The position numbers were made by a program, and so were the translations under genes. From Raillietiella orientalis (lineage: Eukaryota), in the NCBI GenBank assembly GCA_036172245.1, contig JAYWIR010000049.1, positions 930,001 to 994,000 of the forward strand: a DNA stretch of 64,000 bases, read 5' to 3'. Under the pieces are notes generated by a model. The model was not told where the DNA came from. It searched no databases and worked only from the letters and a program-made list of their open reading frames with translations. Shown one piece after another: positions 23,671 through 36,241 of this stretch (positions within the stretch are counted from its first letter, which is position 1; each line of letters starts with the position of its first letter).

Positions 23671-24479
23671 CCTCTCTGGTTTGTGTCATGGAGTCAACCG
23701 CCATCTCGGAGTGTCCTCCATCGTATTCACACAGTTCCCCCTCGGGGGATTCTATTTTAGCGTGTTGGAAACCTTTCTTCGAGGAAGTCCTTCAGAGAAA
23801 ATTGGAAGCTTTCCCTTCGGGATTTTCTTCAGAGGAGTAAATAAAAAGCGGTTCCTTTCCGGTTCTCTTCTGCCCTGACTTTGATCTTCAGCCGCTTGAT
23901 GGCGGTCCATGTGCCCTACGTTGTTTTTCTTGCCACTTTCCGGCATTCCAGGAGCACTCCTTGAACGAGCAGCTTCCAAGTGAGCATCGGTCTTTGCTTG
24001 TTTGTGTTTCATATCCACGTGGACTGTTGTCGGGTCCAACGCGCGTTCTACGAAAGCATTCGGAGGGAATCTAGAGCGTTTCCAACTGGATTGTTCGGAA
24101 TGACCATTTGACTGGAGCAGTTCTTCGGCTCTTCCCAGTGATGGCGTTGCAGCAGCTTCAAAGAGTTCAGGGAAACAGGTGATTCAAGTTTCAAGGGAAA
24201 CCCATCAAGGATAAAGCGTTTCTGTAGAGATCTACACTCTAGACCACGCTCCCCGCGTGGCCTGAACTACAGGCTCCACGACCAGAGGAACCACCAACTG
24301 GAAACCTGGAGCCGTCCTACTTTGGGAAGTCGCGATGGCTTCCTGCTAAAGCCTAATTAAGGATTAACCAGTTCGAACAGGTTTGACCAATCAATTTGCT
24401 GATACAGCTTCGTATCCGGATTTTCATGTCCGAATCGTTGCTCTTATCTAAATTATGTTGTATCTCTTTATAACAAGAG

Positions 24480-26050
24480 ATGATGAGCAAGACGAGATTT
24501 ACACTTTGATTCTTGAGTGTATTTCTTCCTACATTTGACTGCTGCTGTTGCCTTGACGCGGTAATTGTTCTCTCCTTTTTAGTGACTTATTGCTTTGCTA
24601 ACCTAAATCGCTTCTCATACGATGTCATGTGCGCACCATCGGTAACTATTTTCACTTCCTACTCATTCTTCATGCTTTCCTGAAGACCCACCAGCGAAAA
24701 ATGGAAATCGTTGTTAGCAGCAACCTAACTTGTAATGCAGATTTCTTAGTGGAGTGCTACTCACGAGATTCATATTCTCAGCTTCCTGGTTCCCAAAGAC
24801 TCTCTCAAGGATACACAAGAAAAGTTAATTCCGGTGCATATCTTCAATACTAAGGCTTGGCTCGTCCAAACACTTCGATTGTTGATGATCCGTTCCGTCT
24901 TATTAGGAATTCATCACGATAAGTCTGTATGAATGCTTTTTTACGTTGCGAACATTTTCATCTGATGAAGCATCTTCCCCATATCCTGACACTAGTCCGT
25001 TCATTAAACAAAGCCTGTTCGTTAGATGTCGATTGCACAGCTGGAAGGCAGCACCTTTGTCTAATCCATCCCGTCAAATGGAAATTCAGATCAACGGGAC
25101 CGAATGGCTCCTGAGATCTGTTATCGCAAGAAAATTGAGTCAGCTAAATGTATGCTTTCGTTTGCAACGTGCTTCGTGAGCCTACGTGATGCTGCCAGCC
25201 ATCATCTGCTCATTTTCTCCACACGAGAGAAAGCAAACCATCCACAAATTCAATCCAAGTACCTGCATCTCGGAGCCAGCATCAGCAAGTTTGTTTCCAC
25301 TTGCAAAGGTGTCTGCTACTTTGCGTTTCACAGTTCCCGAATTTGAGAGCGATAACCTATCCTGTGGATTTTCCTGGTTGGCAAACGGGTGAAAAGTGGA
25401 AGCAATCAACTTGTACGCCGTTCACATTCGTGTGAGGCTCTACGTAGGTCTTTGGGCTGTCGTCCTAGACGCTGCGTCCGCAACCAAATCATCTTCGAAC
25501 ACCTCATGTTCTCAGTTTCCAATGATACTTCAAAATCTGCTCTTGCTGCTCTGGTCCTATCGCATTACAATCTGGAAGTTCCATCCTAACCGTGTGATCT
25601 GCAGCATCCTCCGCGGATGGACCCAGAATCCCAACACCGAAGTAGGTGCTGGCATCGGTTGGGGATGCACGAATTGCCACGAAAATCTGAACCTGCACCA
25701 TCTTGCGTTGTTATCACCAACTACTAGGAACATCCTCTTTTATGTGCGTATTCGTTTTTTGCTTTTTTCCTTTGCAGACCTTCCTGTATTCCCAGTGTAT
25801 TTTGCTTCTTGATGTCAAAGGGTACACGGAAATGGGACGTAAACTCAAGACTTATAGGTAGGAAGAAGGAAGCAGTCCTCGACGCAATGAATTTACACCC
25901 ATCCATGTGGAGGTAGTTGCAGAAGTCTCTAGGGAAAAAAAGTTCCGTATTTTGTACGACTGGAGGGGTCACATAAAAGTTCCGATGTCTTTTATTGCTT
26001 CTTGTTTTTTTATTGTATCACATGAAATGCAATCGCATTTTTCAAAAGAC
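24480..26050 (-). mobile_element. Degenerate hAT transposase (SPIN/Buster, GTF2IRD2-like)
   Basis: Degenerate motifs in the expected order: VADAASRTT (resembles TTDGAPSM), STFHPFANQENP (resembles FHC..HQE.L), FLAITDLRSH (resembles AFL.DIT.HL); many stops. Confidence 0.5.
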
Positions 26051-26528
26051 GTAATTTTAAGCAGTTTGCGTCGTCAGTGTTCCTGATTCGAGTAAGACAC
26101 TGCAGCATCCATTTTATCCTTTTTTTTCCCCCCCTTCAAATGCTCACATCAGTTAGTCTACAGCGCAAATTCTTTTTTGCACAAATGGGGGTGCACACGA
26201 ATGTGCACGACTATTCCCGAATGCTGAATCATTTTTCCGACAAGCGAAAAGGGCGTGCAACGAGGCTTCACTCTCTGCATTCGTCCTTCAACTTATTTTT
26301 TTGCTCATCAGCTGCGAACGAATCAGTCAATCGATCTTTCCGCCCCCCCCATTTCGATTGGGAAGTCGTCGAAATTCTTTCACACCACCGCGAAATCCAT
26401 GACATTTGGAACTCTTTGCATAGGCATTCCTTTTTCCCCCAATTCCCACAAGGGGTGGGGTAAATTTATTCTACTTTAAATGCTTTCCACTTACATTCTT
26501 TTCGTCTTTTCGCGAAACGTTCTACCTT

Positions 26529-27710
26529 TTATGTTGCATTCCTTCCTGCTGTTTCCCGAGCGTTGTCCTCAATCCACTTTAGGATATATCGGTACGTCCA
26601 TGCCTGAATTCTGCCGCAATTTCTAATGCCTATCTCTTTCTGGATAAGGCCTTGCAAGATTTCCATTGGGGTTCCAACTTTTCTACCTTTCCTCTTCTTC
26701 CACCACCGTACTAACATGGCGGTCATGAAGAGGGTAATGGTTGTTCTCACCATGGGGTTGTATGAGGGAACATTTCCAATCCCCTGAAACATCCCTGCAA
26801 GAATTTCCATTACGGTGCTGGTGTTTCTTCCAATGATCTTTTTTAGGATCAGCCGATCTGAGCAGTGCGGGATACGTCAGAATATGTAGCTTCGTGTCTA
26901 TATCTCCGCATGTCTGGCAATCTTCGTCTGCCCTTTTTCCAGTGAAGTATTTCGGTCTTGCTCCACTGAGAATTCCTCCGTGATAAAACACCAGGAGGTT
27001 ATCCTGGGTATCTGGTGGAAGGTCACTTCTCCATATTGTTGTGCCTATCTTCAACAGGTTGATCCTATCGCTCCCGTAGCGATCAGCAGCTTCCTGGAGA
27101 GCACTCGTATCTTGTTCTTGTTCCTTTATAGTTTTCCGGAGGTTCTGCTTTGTTACCCTGGACCACGCGAAGTCATTGTGGTTTATCCACACTTCACGTG
27201 TCCTATGGGTATACCGCCCTAACATCGCCTCTATATACCGAAGTATACGAGTGTGATGTAGGTATTCTCCTTTCCTCCATTCCTGGATTTGTTGCAATGT
27301 AGCTCTGGCTCGCTGGTAAATCCAGTTTCTCGTGTCTTGTGGTATTCGAAGCATCCATGGGATTACCAGAATGGATTTTTCCTGCCATTCTTTCGCACCA
27401 ATTGCTGCTTTCTTCTCCAGGTAGGGTCAATGAGAAACCATTTTCCTGCTCGACCTAATAATGTAGTCATTAAACCTTTCAAGTTGTTAAGCATCATGGA
27501 GTATGCTCTGTGCGCTGCGTATGGCCAGTTGTTCCATTGGACGGCGCTCTCCAGGATATGCCGCATGTCCATGATTTCTATGGCATAAGCAAGTGACTTC
27601 ATTCCTGTTCCCCCTTCTTCCTTGGGACGACACGAAGTTTTCAATGCATAGGCATTCCTTACGACGGAACCGATGGGATTCTTCCGGGAAAGATCAGCTT
27701 TGATGTTCAC
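26529..27710 (-). mobile_element. 5'-truncated L1/Tx1-type LINE ORF2 3' part, with two frameshifts
   Basis: CRPKEEGGTGMK (PK..GG.G motif), then zf-RVT-like EDCQTCGDIDTKLHILT, then the C-terminal helix block. Three consecutive ORFs (27363-27710, 26683-27354, 26529-26810) lie in different frames. Confidence 0.8.
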
Positions 27711-27949
27711 GCTACAAGAGGGTTCGGCAAGTGGGAGGGAGGAAAAGCAGCCCGGCAGTTCTTCTCGGGACGCGCGCCATTTTGCAGGCCATCACTTGCT
27801 GGTGAGCCGTTGCTTTCCCTTTTGCTGAAACTCACGGTTAGCCTCGTTCAAACCGCTCAGCGACATCGGCCCCAAGACGAAAACGAACTGAACACCTCGT
27901 GGTTGAGCAAGAACTAAGATCATCATTTCACCTACTCTCCTACCGAAAT

Positions 27950-28480
27950 CTCATTTCTTCATGTAATTCCCAAAAGTTTGCCTCGTAGATTGATCGGCAT
28001 GCTTCCAAGTGGAGTCATCTAGGAAACAGCGAACCCCCTGTTCGGTAGTTCCACGGGCGACGTGGTGACGATGGAGCTGAAGACACATCGAAGATATGGA
28101 GATAAGCACCACATCTTCGTTGCAACAGACAAAATTGTTTAATGCGATAATCTGCAATGGATAATGACAAGCAACTGTTCGTTTTCTTTTCGTGTTCCCA
28201 CTTCCTTTTATCGTATTTCGCACTCCTTACATTTCGACTGCTATTAATCTCTTTAATTATTCCCCGCTCAGTTGTAGCTCCTTAGTTTCTTTCGTCAAAG
28301 TATTTTCACCAGTAGTTGTTTTTGTTGAAGCCATGAACGTTCCTAACTATTCAGTGATCTCGAATATTCCACTTTTCAAACAAGAATCAGCATCCATGCT
28401 GTGTCCAAAATTGCTGCTTTCGAAGTTGCTGAGACAGTATGTGCTTTCATTAAAGCGTCCTCTCGATTGAGGGATCTTCA
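27950..28480 (-). mobile_element. Possible piggyBac-like transposase remnant
   Basis: Weak similarity only: IIKEINSS (resembles I..YN..MGGVD) and YPLQIIALNNFV (resembles L.IA..N). Confidence 0.25.
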
Positions 28481-28508
28481 GGAATTCCGTTAATCGTACT
28501 TACATATA

Positions 28509-29481
28509 CTGGCAGGCCACGATTGGTGAGAATTTTTTTAGTTTAATCCAAAGCGAAATTCAGTTAATGTGGGTCTAGTGGGTGAGCAGTTACCATAGCC
28601 AGGTGCCCGCAACCTCTTCAATCTGAACCTATCGTCTTAAAGATCGCCCCAAGAAAACGCACAAGAGCATCGTTTCTTCAGATAAAAGCGCTACCACTGC
28701 AAAAAAAAGGAAAAAAAAAAAAAAAAAGAGGCATGTTGTCACGTTAGAACAGAAATCTGATTTCGAGGAAAAAGCTGTTATAAAAGAAATAACCAGTATC
28801 GGAAGAGCACTGGGACTTGATGAAAAAGAAGGCCAACGATGAAGATGTTCGGGAGCTGCTGGATTCACACGTGGGAGGACACCGCCTGATGATGATCTGC
28901 TTTTTGATCAACGAAGAGCCTTTGAAGAAGCCGGGATGACGGTGATGCCAAAGTGGCAATGTGCAGGCGAAGAGGTTCACCATGAAGGAATCTGAAGCTT
29001 CAGGACGTTGAGGCAAGAAATTGTGGATGCGGATCTCAACCTGGACCAAACCCGCCGACACACGCAAAGGAGTTCTGCCTCTGCAGGCACGTGCACGAAG
29101 ACTTCAGGAGGAGAGCCCAGTCTGTGTGCACGAAGACTTCGGGAAAAGGGAGAGTCCAGCCCACGCTGTTAACATATTTCGAAAGGCAATGAAGATGCTT
29201 TTGTCGGTGTAACTCATCCTTCACGAATAACACTTGGAACTTTTTTGTCTTTTCTTTTGCTCTCTACAACTGATCTGTGACTTTGCTAACATAAATTCAC
29301 ACGTTGAGTGGATTCTTTTTATTTTTTCCACGCAATATTTCCTTAAAAAGCGAAGACATTCTCCCCTGCCTGCCTGGTTTCTATTAAGCTCGAACCAATT
29401 ACATATTCCACGTACAATGTGTATATGTTCGAACATTGCGGCTATTTCACGAAACGAATTATTCGCACTAATCACGGCCTG
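28509..29481 (+). mobile_element. Non-autonomous Tigger/pogo internal-deletion derivative with both TIRs
   Basis: Left CAGGCCACGATTGGTGAGAAT (28513) matches the reverse complement of the right end, CAGGCCGTGATTAGTGCGAAT (ending 29481), with TA flanks. Inside, the N-terminal KKRHVVTLEQK is joined directly to C-terminal IKEITSIGRALGLDE..NDEDVRELLDSH..IVDADLNLDQ. Confidence 0.8.
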
Positions 29482-30363
29482 TATATATTAGCAATTGAGA
29501 CAGTTGTTTTTCTGCCTTCGCTGTACGGCTTTGAATGAAAAATTAACAAAGTGTATTTTGTCTGCATCAGCTCTGAACTTAATAACATGGGAAGCAATGA
29601 GCTCTGATTGTTTCAATTAAAGCATAATTTTCATTAAAACGTTCCCATTCCTCTTATCTCCTCCACATATTTTACATGCTGGGTTTCAAGATATTGGAGC
29701 TTTTAAATACTGTCTGCACAATAAGAACGCTATGTTGATGGTATTCTTTATGAATATAGAAATACTTGATTGCCCAATGTTTATTATTTACTCCCTCCTT
29801 GCTTGATATCAATGTATTATTCTTCATGTAGTAGCACAGGGTATACCAACAAAGTTTCAAATACCTTTTAAAGTTTGCTGGAAATGTATCTACAACTACG
29901 AGTTCTGCTTACCCATAATAACCAATGATGACACAAGACTGACCAGGGTTTAAGGTACTGTGTGGAGACTCAAGCACATGTTTGCAGAGGGTAATTTACA
30001 GGAGGAATAAAGGTCAAAAAAAAGTAAAGTTAAGCAGCATGTGAGAACAACAAACTTCTGTTTCCCAAAAATCACATTTAAGGAAGTGGCACAACTATCC
30101 AACTATGCTACCTCCTCAGGCAACAGTTTTGCACCAGCAAATGATCAAAACTGCTGCAACCTCCATAAGCAAGAAATCTAATGATAATTGTTTGGAAATG
30201 GGTTTGATGCTCTGATCAATATCCACTGCAAAAGCTACAAAAATAAGTTCAATTCTTTTACAGCACTTGATAATCAATATATTCTATCAAATCATTCAAT
30301 TCACTTTATCTCTAAATGTGGAATGATTATATTGGAAAATTTTGAAGCATTCCCATGTTCGAT

Positions 30364-32993
30364 CTATTGCCCTTTGGTTTCATCAAGGCTTGCATTAGAT
30401 AAAGTCAGTGCTTTCCACCATACATACAACATCACTGCACCCAAACCTGTTTCTGCAGGACTAAACAGAGCCAAAAAACCAAATGCAATAACAAAATGAC
30501 AAACAAAAACGAACTTCAAAATAACTAGACTTGTACAACACAAATGAAAACACCAGAATAACAATTTACTGAGATAATGACTTGGAGAATTTTTCTTTTT
30601 CCTGTAAAGATTCTCAGAATGATTTTTGAGTAGCTTTAGTCATTTGAACAAACCTGAAATGTAGCAAACAAGGTAAAGAAAACAGCAATGGCACAAGAAA
30701 ACAGAACTGAAACAAATATGTTGAAGATGTGGTCTGCATATTCAAAATACCTGTAAAAGACAATACACAAATCCCATTGGTTGAGGAACAAAGGTGCCAT
30801 CAAGCCATACTCCAGGACCAAACACAATTCCTATGTGACCATCTATGAGATATCCTATGCATAATGGCCCTACCACAGAGATCACAACATTTGCTACATA
30901 AGTGAACTTACCCCAGGGTAAGTAAAAAGTGACCAGCAACAACAAATAAAATATTTGGTTGCACTGTGTGAAAGTATGCAAATCAATGAGGAAACTGTTA
31001 GATGAACCCCTCATCTTCAAATACCAGTCTAGGAATTGATAAAGAAACCCCCTAGATGATTCTTGACTCACTTTTACTCAAGAACACTCGTGATAGGCAT
31101 AAAGCAAGTGCTACTCCAATTACACTTAAGGAAACCAATACTTGAAGCTATTTAGAAATTGAAACTCAAGACACATGAGTTACTTAATTAATACATACCA
31201 CAGACTTTAAATGAAAACGGATCAGAATTTGGGGTAGCAAAGGCAAAGGTAATGCAGAACCATCCAACAAGAAAGGATGTCTAACATTTGCAATATGGCC
31301 ATTAGCATCTTGAGCAATCACTTCAATATTGTGTACTCCATAAGCAAACTTTGCTGCATCCCAAGCTAAGACATAAAGGGGACTACTGTGAAGACGAGCA
31401 GCTTGCCACTCTCCATTATCCAGTTTAACATGGACCCATGAAATTGGGGCGGGAGAAAAGACAAGAATACTTATTACAATAAGCATAGTTGGAATTCTGA
31501 AACTCTCACCGAATATACTGTGAAGATTTAATGATATGAAGAGGCTCTTTATTGGGTTGAGCAAACAGTGCATTTTTTGGATTGGTAACTAAAATGACAG
31601 GCCACTTTTGGAAATGCACATCCAAATAAGAGAGTAGACCATGATCTACTGCTAGGAGGCGATATCTAGAAATGTGCATGAAGAAGCAATGATGTCACAT
31701 TATATATTACATCCGTTTATGCTTCCAGTCTTTGAGCTCCAGTTCCAATGTTCCATTAAGCCAACGGGTGTACAACTCATTAAAGAGATTTTGGAAGGTA
31801 TGCAAATGACCACAAAGATAGGCAATACTTTTTCGCATTAAGTTTCTCAGATCAGGTTTGAAAGTCAAAATACAAGAAGTTGGATAATGACCAAAGAATA
31901 CTGTGTAGTTGGAAGATTGGCTTTTTTTCTCCAGGGACTGGAGAATGTCCCACCCATTTGCATCTATGTAACCAAAAAAATTGAAGAATCTTTTAAAGCC
32001 TGTTTCCAAAGTTGCATCCACAGCAATAAACGAATACAGATCATAACCATTTTTAACTTGATACATATATGATCTAGAATGTTGTGCACCTTGCACTGCA
32101 TAAACTTGATAATAATTTTCTGGAGAATCCAAAGCTGGCACATTAAAACTGTCTACACAAGTTGTAAAGTACAATGGATAAACAATCCAATTTTCCATAT
32201 ACCATGATTTCCCCTAATATCAAGCCAATCTGTATCATACAAACGTCTGGATTTCTGAACAATACTGCCATATACCTTCCACTCCTCAAGATGTTGAGTT
32301 GAACCATAATAATTCAAATCGTTAGCATCTGTTAAATCACCTAAAAAGTTCTGAATGAACCTCTAGGAATTTGCAAAGTGTTCATGAATGAATCTCGAAT
32401 TTTAAAGTAAATAATAGGGATTCATTGATTTAAGCTATAAACATTAAATGGATACTTAAGGTAGATGACATGAACACGTAATCTAATAAGAGTTACCTGT
32501 TACAAGAACTACAAGTGGCTTTAGAACAGGTATATTGATGTAACAGAATGTTTCAAAATCTTTTGTTCTCTGATAATCACCGAGTTTACTGATATGGATA
32601 TCGGAAACCTTAAATGGAAATGTCTGTTTTTTTTTATTTCCCACACTGAATTCTTCATTCTTCATTTAAACATGAAATTGCATTTACAAGAACACGTGAT
32701 TCAAATAAGTTGTGCAAAATATCCAAATTTGGTTACAACACAACAGCTTTACATGATACGATGCAAAACATAGTGTTTATATTTTTTGATTACTGCTTTT
32801 ATATTCTCACCTGCACAAACCAAACTAACTGAGTGAAGTTACTACGTTCCTTATATGCACTTTGATCTATTTGTGATGTTACCAACAAAGAATTTGCAGC
32901 ATTGTTCCCCAAGAAGGAACATCTAACCACACTGGTGGTCACAAATACCATAGAGAGAAAAACCTGTGAATTCATTTGGAGACCGGATTGCAT
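30364..32993 (-). CDS. TMEM62: Transmembrane protein 62 (calcineurin-like metallophosphoesterase domain plus C-terminal TM helices), about 11 exons; start codon uncertain
   Basis: Spliced motifs WFVQ|VSDIHIS, VLVTG|DLTDA, WLDIRGNH|DSF, FFGHYPTS, YLCGHLHT, LELELKDWK, YRLLAVDHGLL, WPVILVTNPK, followed by hydrophobic segments. All introns GT-AG and in phase. Confidence 0.92.
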
Positions 32994-35900
32994 TTAGGGT
33001 AATGGAATATTGTGGCAATCATTGAAAATACCTTCGTGAATGCTGCACTGTCATCGAACAGAAACAAAAACAATACTAGCGTATTGTAGCAAGCACGAAA
33101 AAGTATGGCAAGGCAACATGGTTTTCTCAAGTTTGCTCATCGTGGGCTGCTGCATGAAGGAGACACGCCACCCACAACATTAACATCACGCAGACCAGCA
33201 CGCCTTTCCTAATCACCACGGGGAAGATCAACAAGTTCCCAACGTCAAGGGGACCATTGCCAACTTAGGTGATGTATACGGATTCCAAGGCTTCGGTTAC
33301 TTAAAGTTATTCTGTCAAAGTGGAAAAAAACTTGGTGACAAAATAGTGTCCTCAGAATTTAAAACATTAATAAGGGGAATAAGCTACTTTTATTAATTGA
33401 GAAATATGGAACCTATCGTAAAATACTTCCTCCGCACAGGTAGCGAATGGTCTTTAACGCCGACTGTCTTTAGTTTTAGAGAAGAAACACCTTCTTCGAT
33501 AAGTCGAAGAGAACACGATACATCTCATTGAGTTATCATAATTTCCTCTTCAAAGAGCAATTAATGAATCCCAAGTGGAGGATGTACCGAAGCCATGTTC
33601 GAATGATTTAAAATCCTTAAACTTCTCTTTCTCGCTTCAGATATTCTGAAGAGCTTGGGCATATCAGTCGATTTTTCAATCATTCACTTTTCAAAAAGAT
33701 TTTTTTAAATTATGGCAAAAAACTGTTTTTTGATTTGTGGATTGTAAAAATCAAAACAAAAAATAAGAAAACATTACATCTGGAAGAATTCCTTATTTTG
33801 TTGACAAGTAGCATTTGGAGGCTATGTTTCCCTTGAAGTCTTTTTTTATTATTATTTTTAAATTACAGTTAAAAGGTCATGCAAATATTAAGTATTTTCT
33901 AATCGGAAATTCTTCCTTGCCTTACCATTCCTAGAAAATTTATATTCCTTTTTTTCAATATCCAGAAAATCCTAAACAAACTTTGATTTTCTTCATTGCA
34001 GTTGGCGTTGAAATAGATATGTTTGCATTCTGTTTGTAGCACATCATGAACTCGAATTCTTTCTTTCCCGATTGATTACTTGCTTTCCCAAGGAATAACA
34101 CCACAGTTGCGTCATATGCTAAGCTGACCTCACAAAGTCTGAGGATAAACAATGCAGCAAGGAGATCTCCTCCCTACCAGAGATCAGAACATTTTATTTG
34201 GATTCTACAAATTTGACATTTAAGTACGGCATCACCCATCGGCAGTGTAGTACTCATGTAAGGTTGAATTCTTTCGACTGGAATTTGAGGTTTCCAGGTC
34301 CTTGTTGAAATATAGCAGTATAATGAGTCACATTTTGTGTATTCAGGAGTCATTTAGATAGGTGGAATATAACATGCTTTTTCGATATCAGTGAATTCTT
34401 GATTTAATCTTCAAGCAATAAAATGTGATTTTAGGCTTGCGCTTTCATCTGAAAAAAATTCAGAAGACTTCAGATTTTGCATAACTAAAAAACTGTGCCT
34501 TTGAATATTCACCAATACTATTATTCATACAGTAATGGAAAAAAAATACATTCAAATGACCTCCCCCGTTTTGTTCAGAGGCACACATAAATGCATACTT
34601 ATCACTGATTATCTTGTTGGCATCCTTTCATACAGTAAAATACTTGTGACTTTGAGAGCTATTTGAAAGTTCACTCTTACTACCAGTGCATAAATGAGTT
34701 GGATAGCATGCTTTACTGTGGTGGCAGCCAAACAATTTCTAGATTCCTTAGTTTATACGAAAAATAATTTTTAAGAAGACCAATCATTTAGCGATTGTAA
34801 CTAAAGGAGTTAGCTGTCAGATTTCGACAACTAAGAACCCTGCTTAAAATTCAAAATTTGAGATGATGTGATTTTTTGTAATCCTCCAGTTGGGTTTATT
34901 TAATCTTTAAATTCGCTATTTTAGAGAGAATTCTCAATAGTTTCTTAACTCCTTGATTATGCAATTCCTTTATGTGATGATAGTTGTGTTCCTAATAATA
35001 CAAATACTCATAGTTCGCTTTTTAAATTGTGAACGTGTTTATTTCATTCACTCTTTTTCGAGAGGATTCCACTAGAAAAATTAGCACACTACTTTTCAAG
35101 GAAGTTATTTTAATTAGGGTTCAATTGCTGAAATATGGATTATATACTCAAAAATCTTTTTGTCTTAGATGAGAAATTCGTCTTTCATTCGGAGTTAACT
35201 AGAGTTCGTGCACCGATTAAAATATTGCTTTAAAAGTACTGAAATAATTCAGATATACCCTATGATACATACCGAGTATCTGGAGAACTACAAATATCGA
35301 ATTTGGTATTTCCTATCTAATAGCTTTTTTATTAAAACGAAAGGAAATGAATTGTATACAACATATTTTTTCTACCTCTGTCATGATTTTATTTCGGTCC
35401 TCATTTCCATGCTTTCCAACACTAACATATAAATCTAAGCTACGATAGCTTTTCTCTGTAGTAATGTTCAAGAGATGATACAATATCGTTTTTTCATTGT
35501 TGAATGTCTCTCTAATGTAAGTATAGATTGCAAAAAGATATATTCTTATTACTAATCCACGGAGAATTATTTAATCATTAGTATTTTTGCTTCATTAATA
35601 AAATTGTTTGTTTTTACTTGTTCCATGAAGTCTTTCTGCCGAAAAACATTCAATTTTCAATATGAAGATCTACTATCCATAAACACAACAATTAATCGAT
35701 TTCTAAACTAGAAACAAAATTCTGAGTCGAAATACAAAACAAAAACATGAAAATGAAAACACCTGCATCTACATCTCCACCTGCATCTGCATTTTTTTAA
35801 AATTAGACAATAAAAAAATTTGATATTCTAAAAATAAAAGGGCAAACATCATCTGTTTATTTGTAAATGAATTCCATTTGCTTGCCATTTGAACAGCTAT

Positions 35901-36241
35901 CTAAAACTTAGCCTGCGTAGTACTTTTCTCTCTTTTGAATTCCACATATACAATAAGCAAAAGCATCAGTGGAACTTTAATTTTACAAGACAAAAATTGC
36001 TAAACAATTTTTAAAACAGCCACTGAAAGTTGAGTTTTTTTTGTTAATTGATGAATATTATTTTTCTTTAATTCTAGAAGTATTCGATATTGGTACTCCT
36101 TCAATAATTCCGAGGAAGTTTTGAAAATGTGAGTGCTCATTGATTCATTCATCAAAAAATGACTTGAAGAATGTTCTGCTGCGTTTATTCAAATATTTTT
36201 GTTAATTTCTACAAGAAGCGTTGCATCAATTTCTTCATGTA

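Noticed and set aside
31620..31645. Suspected frameshift in the TMEM62 DHGLL exon
   Set aside because: Re-reading gives GGT CTA CTC TCT TAT TTG GAT, which is in frame.
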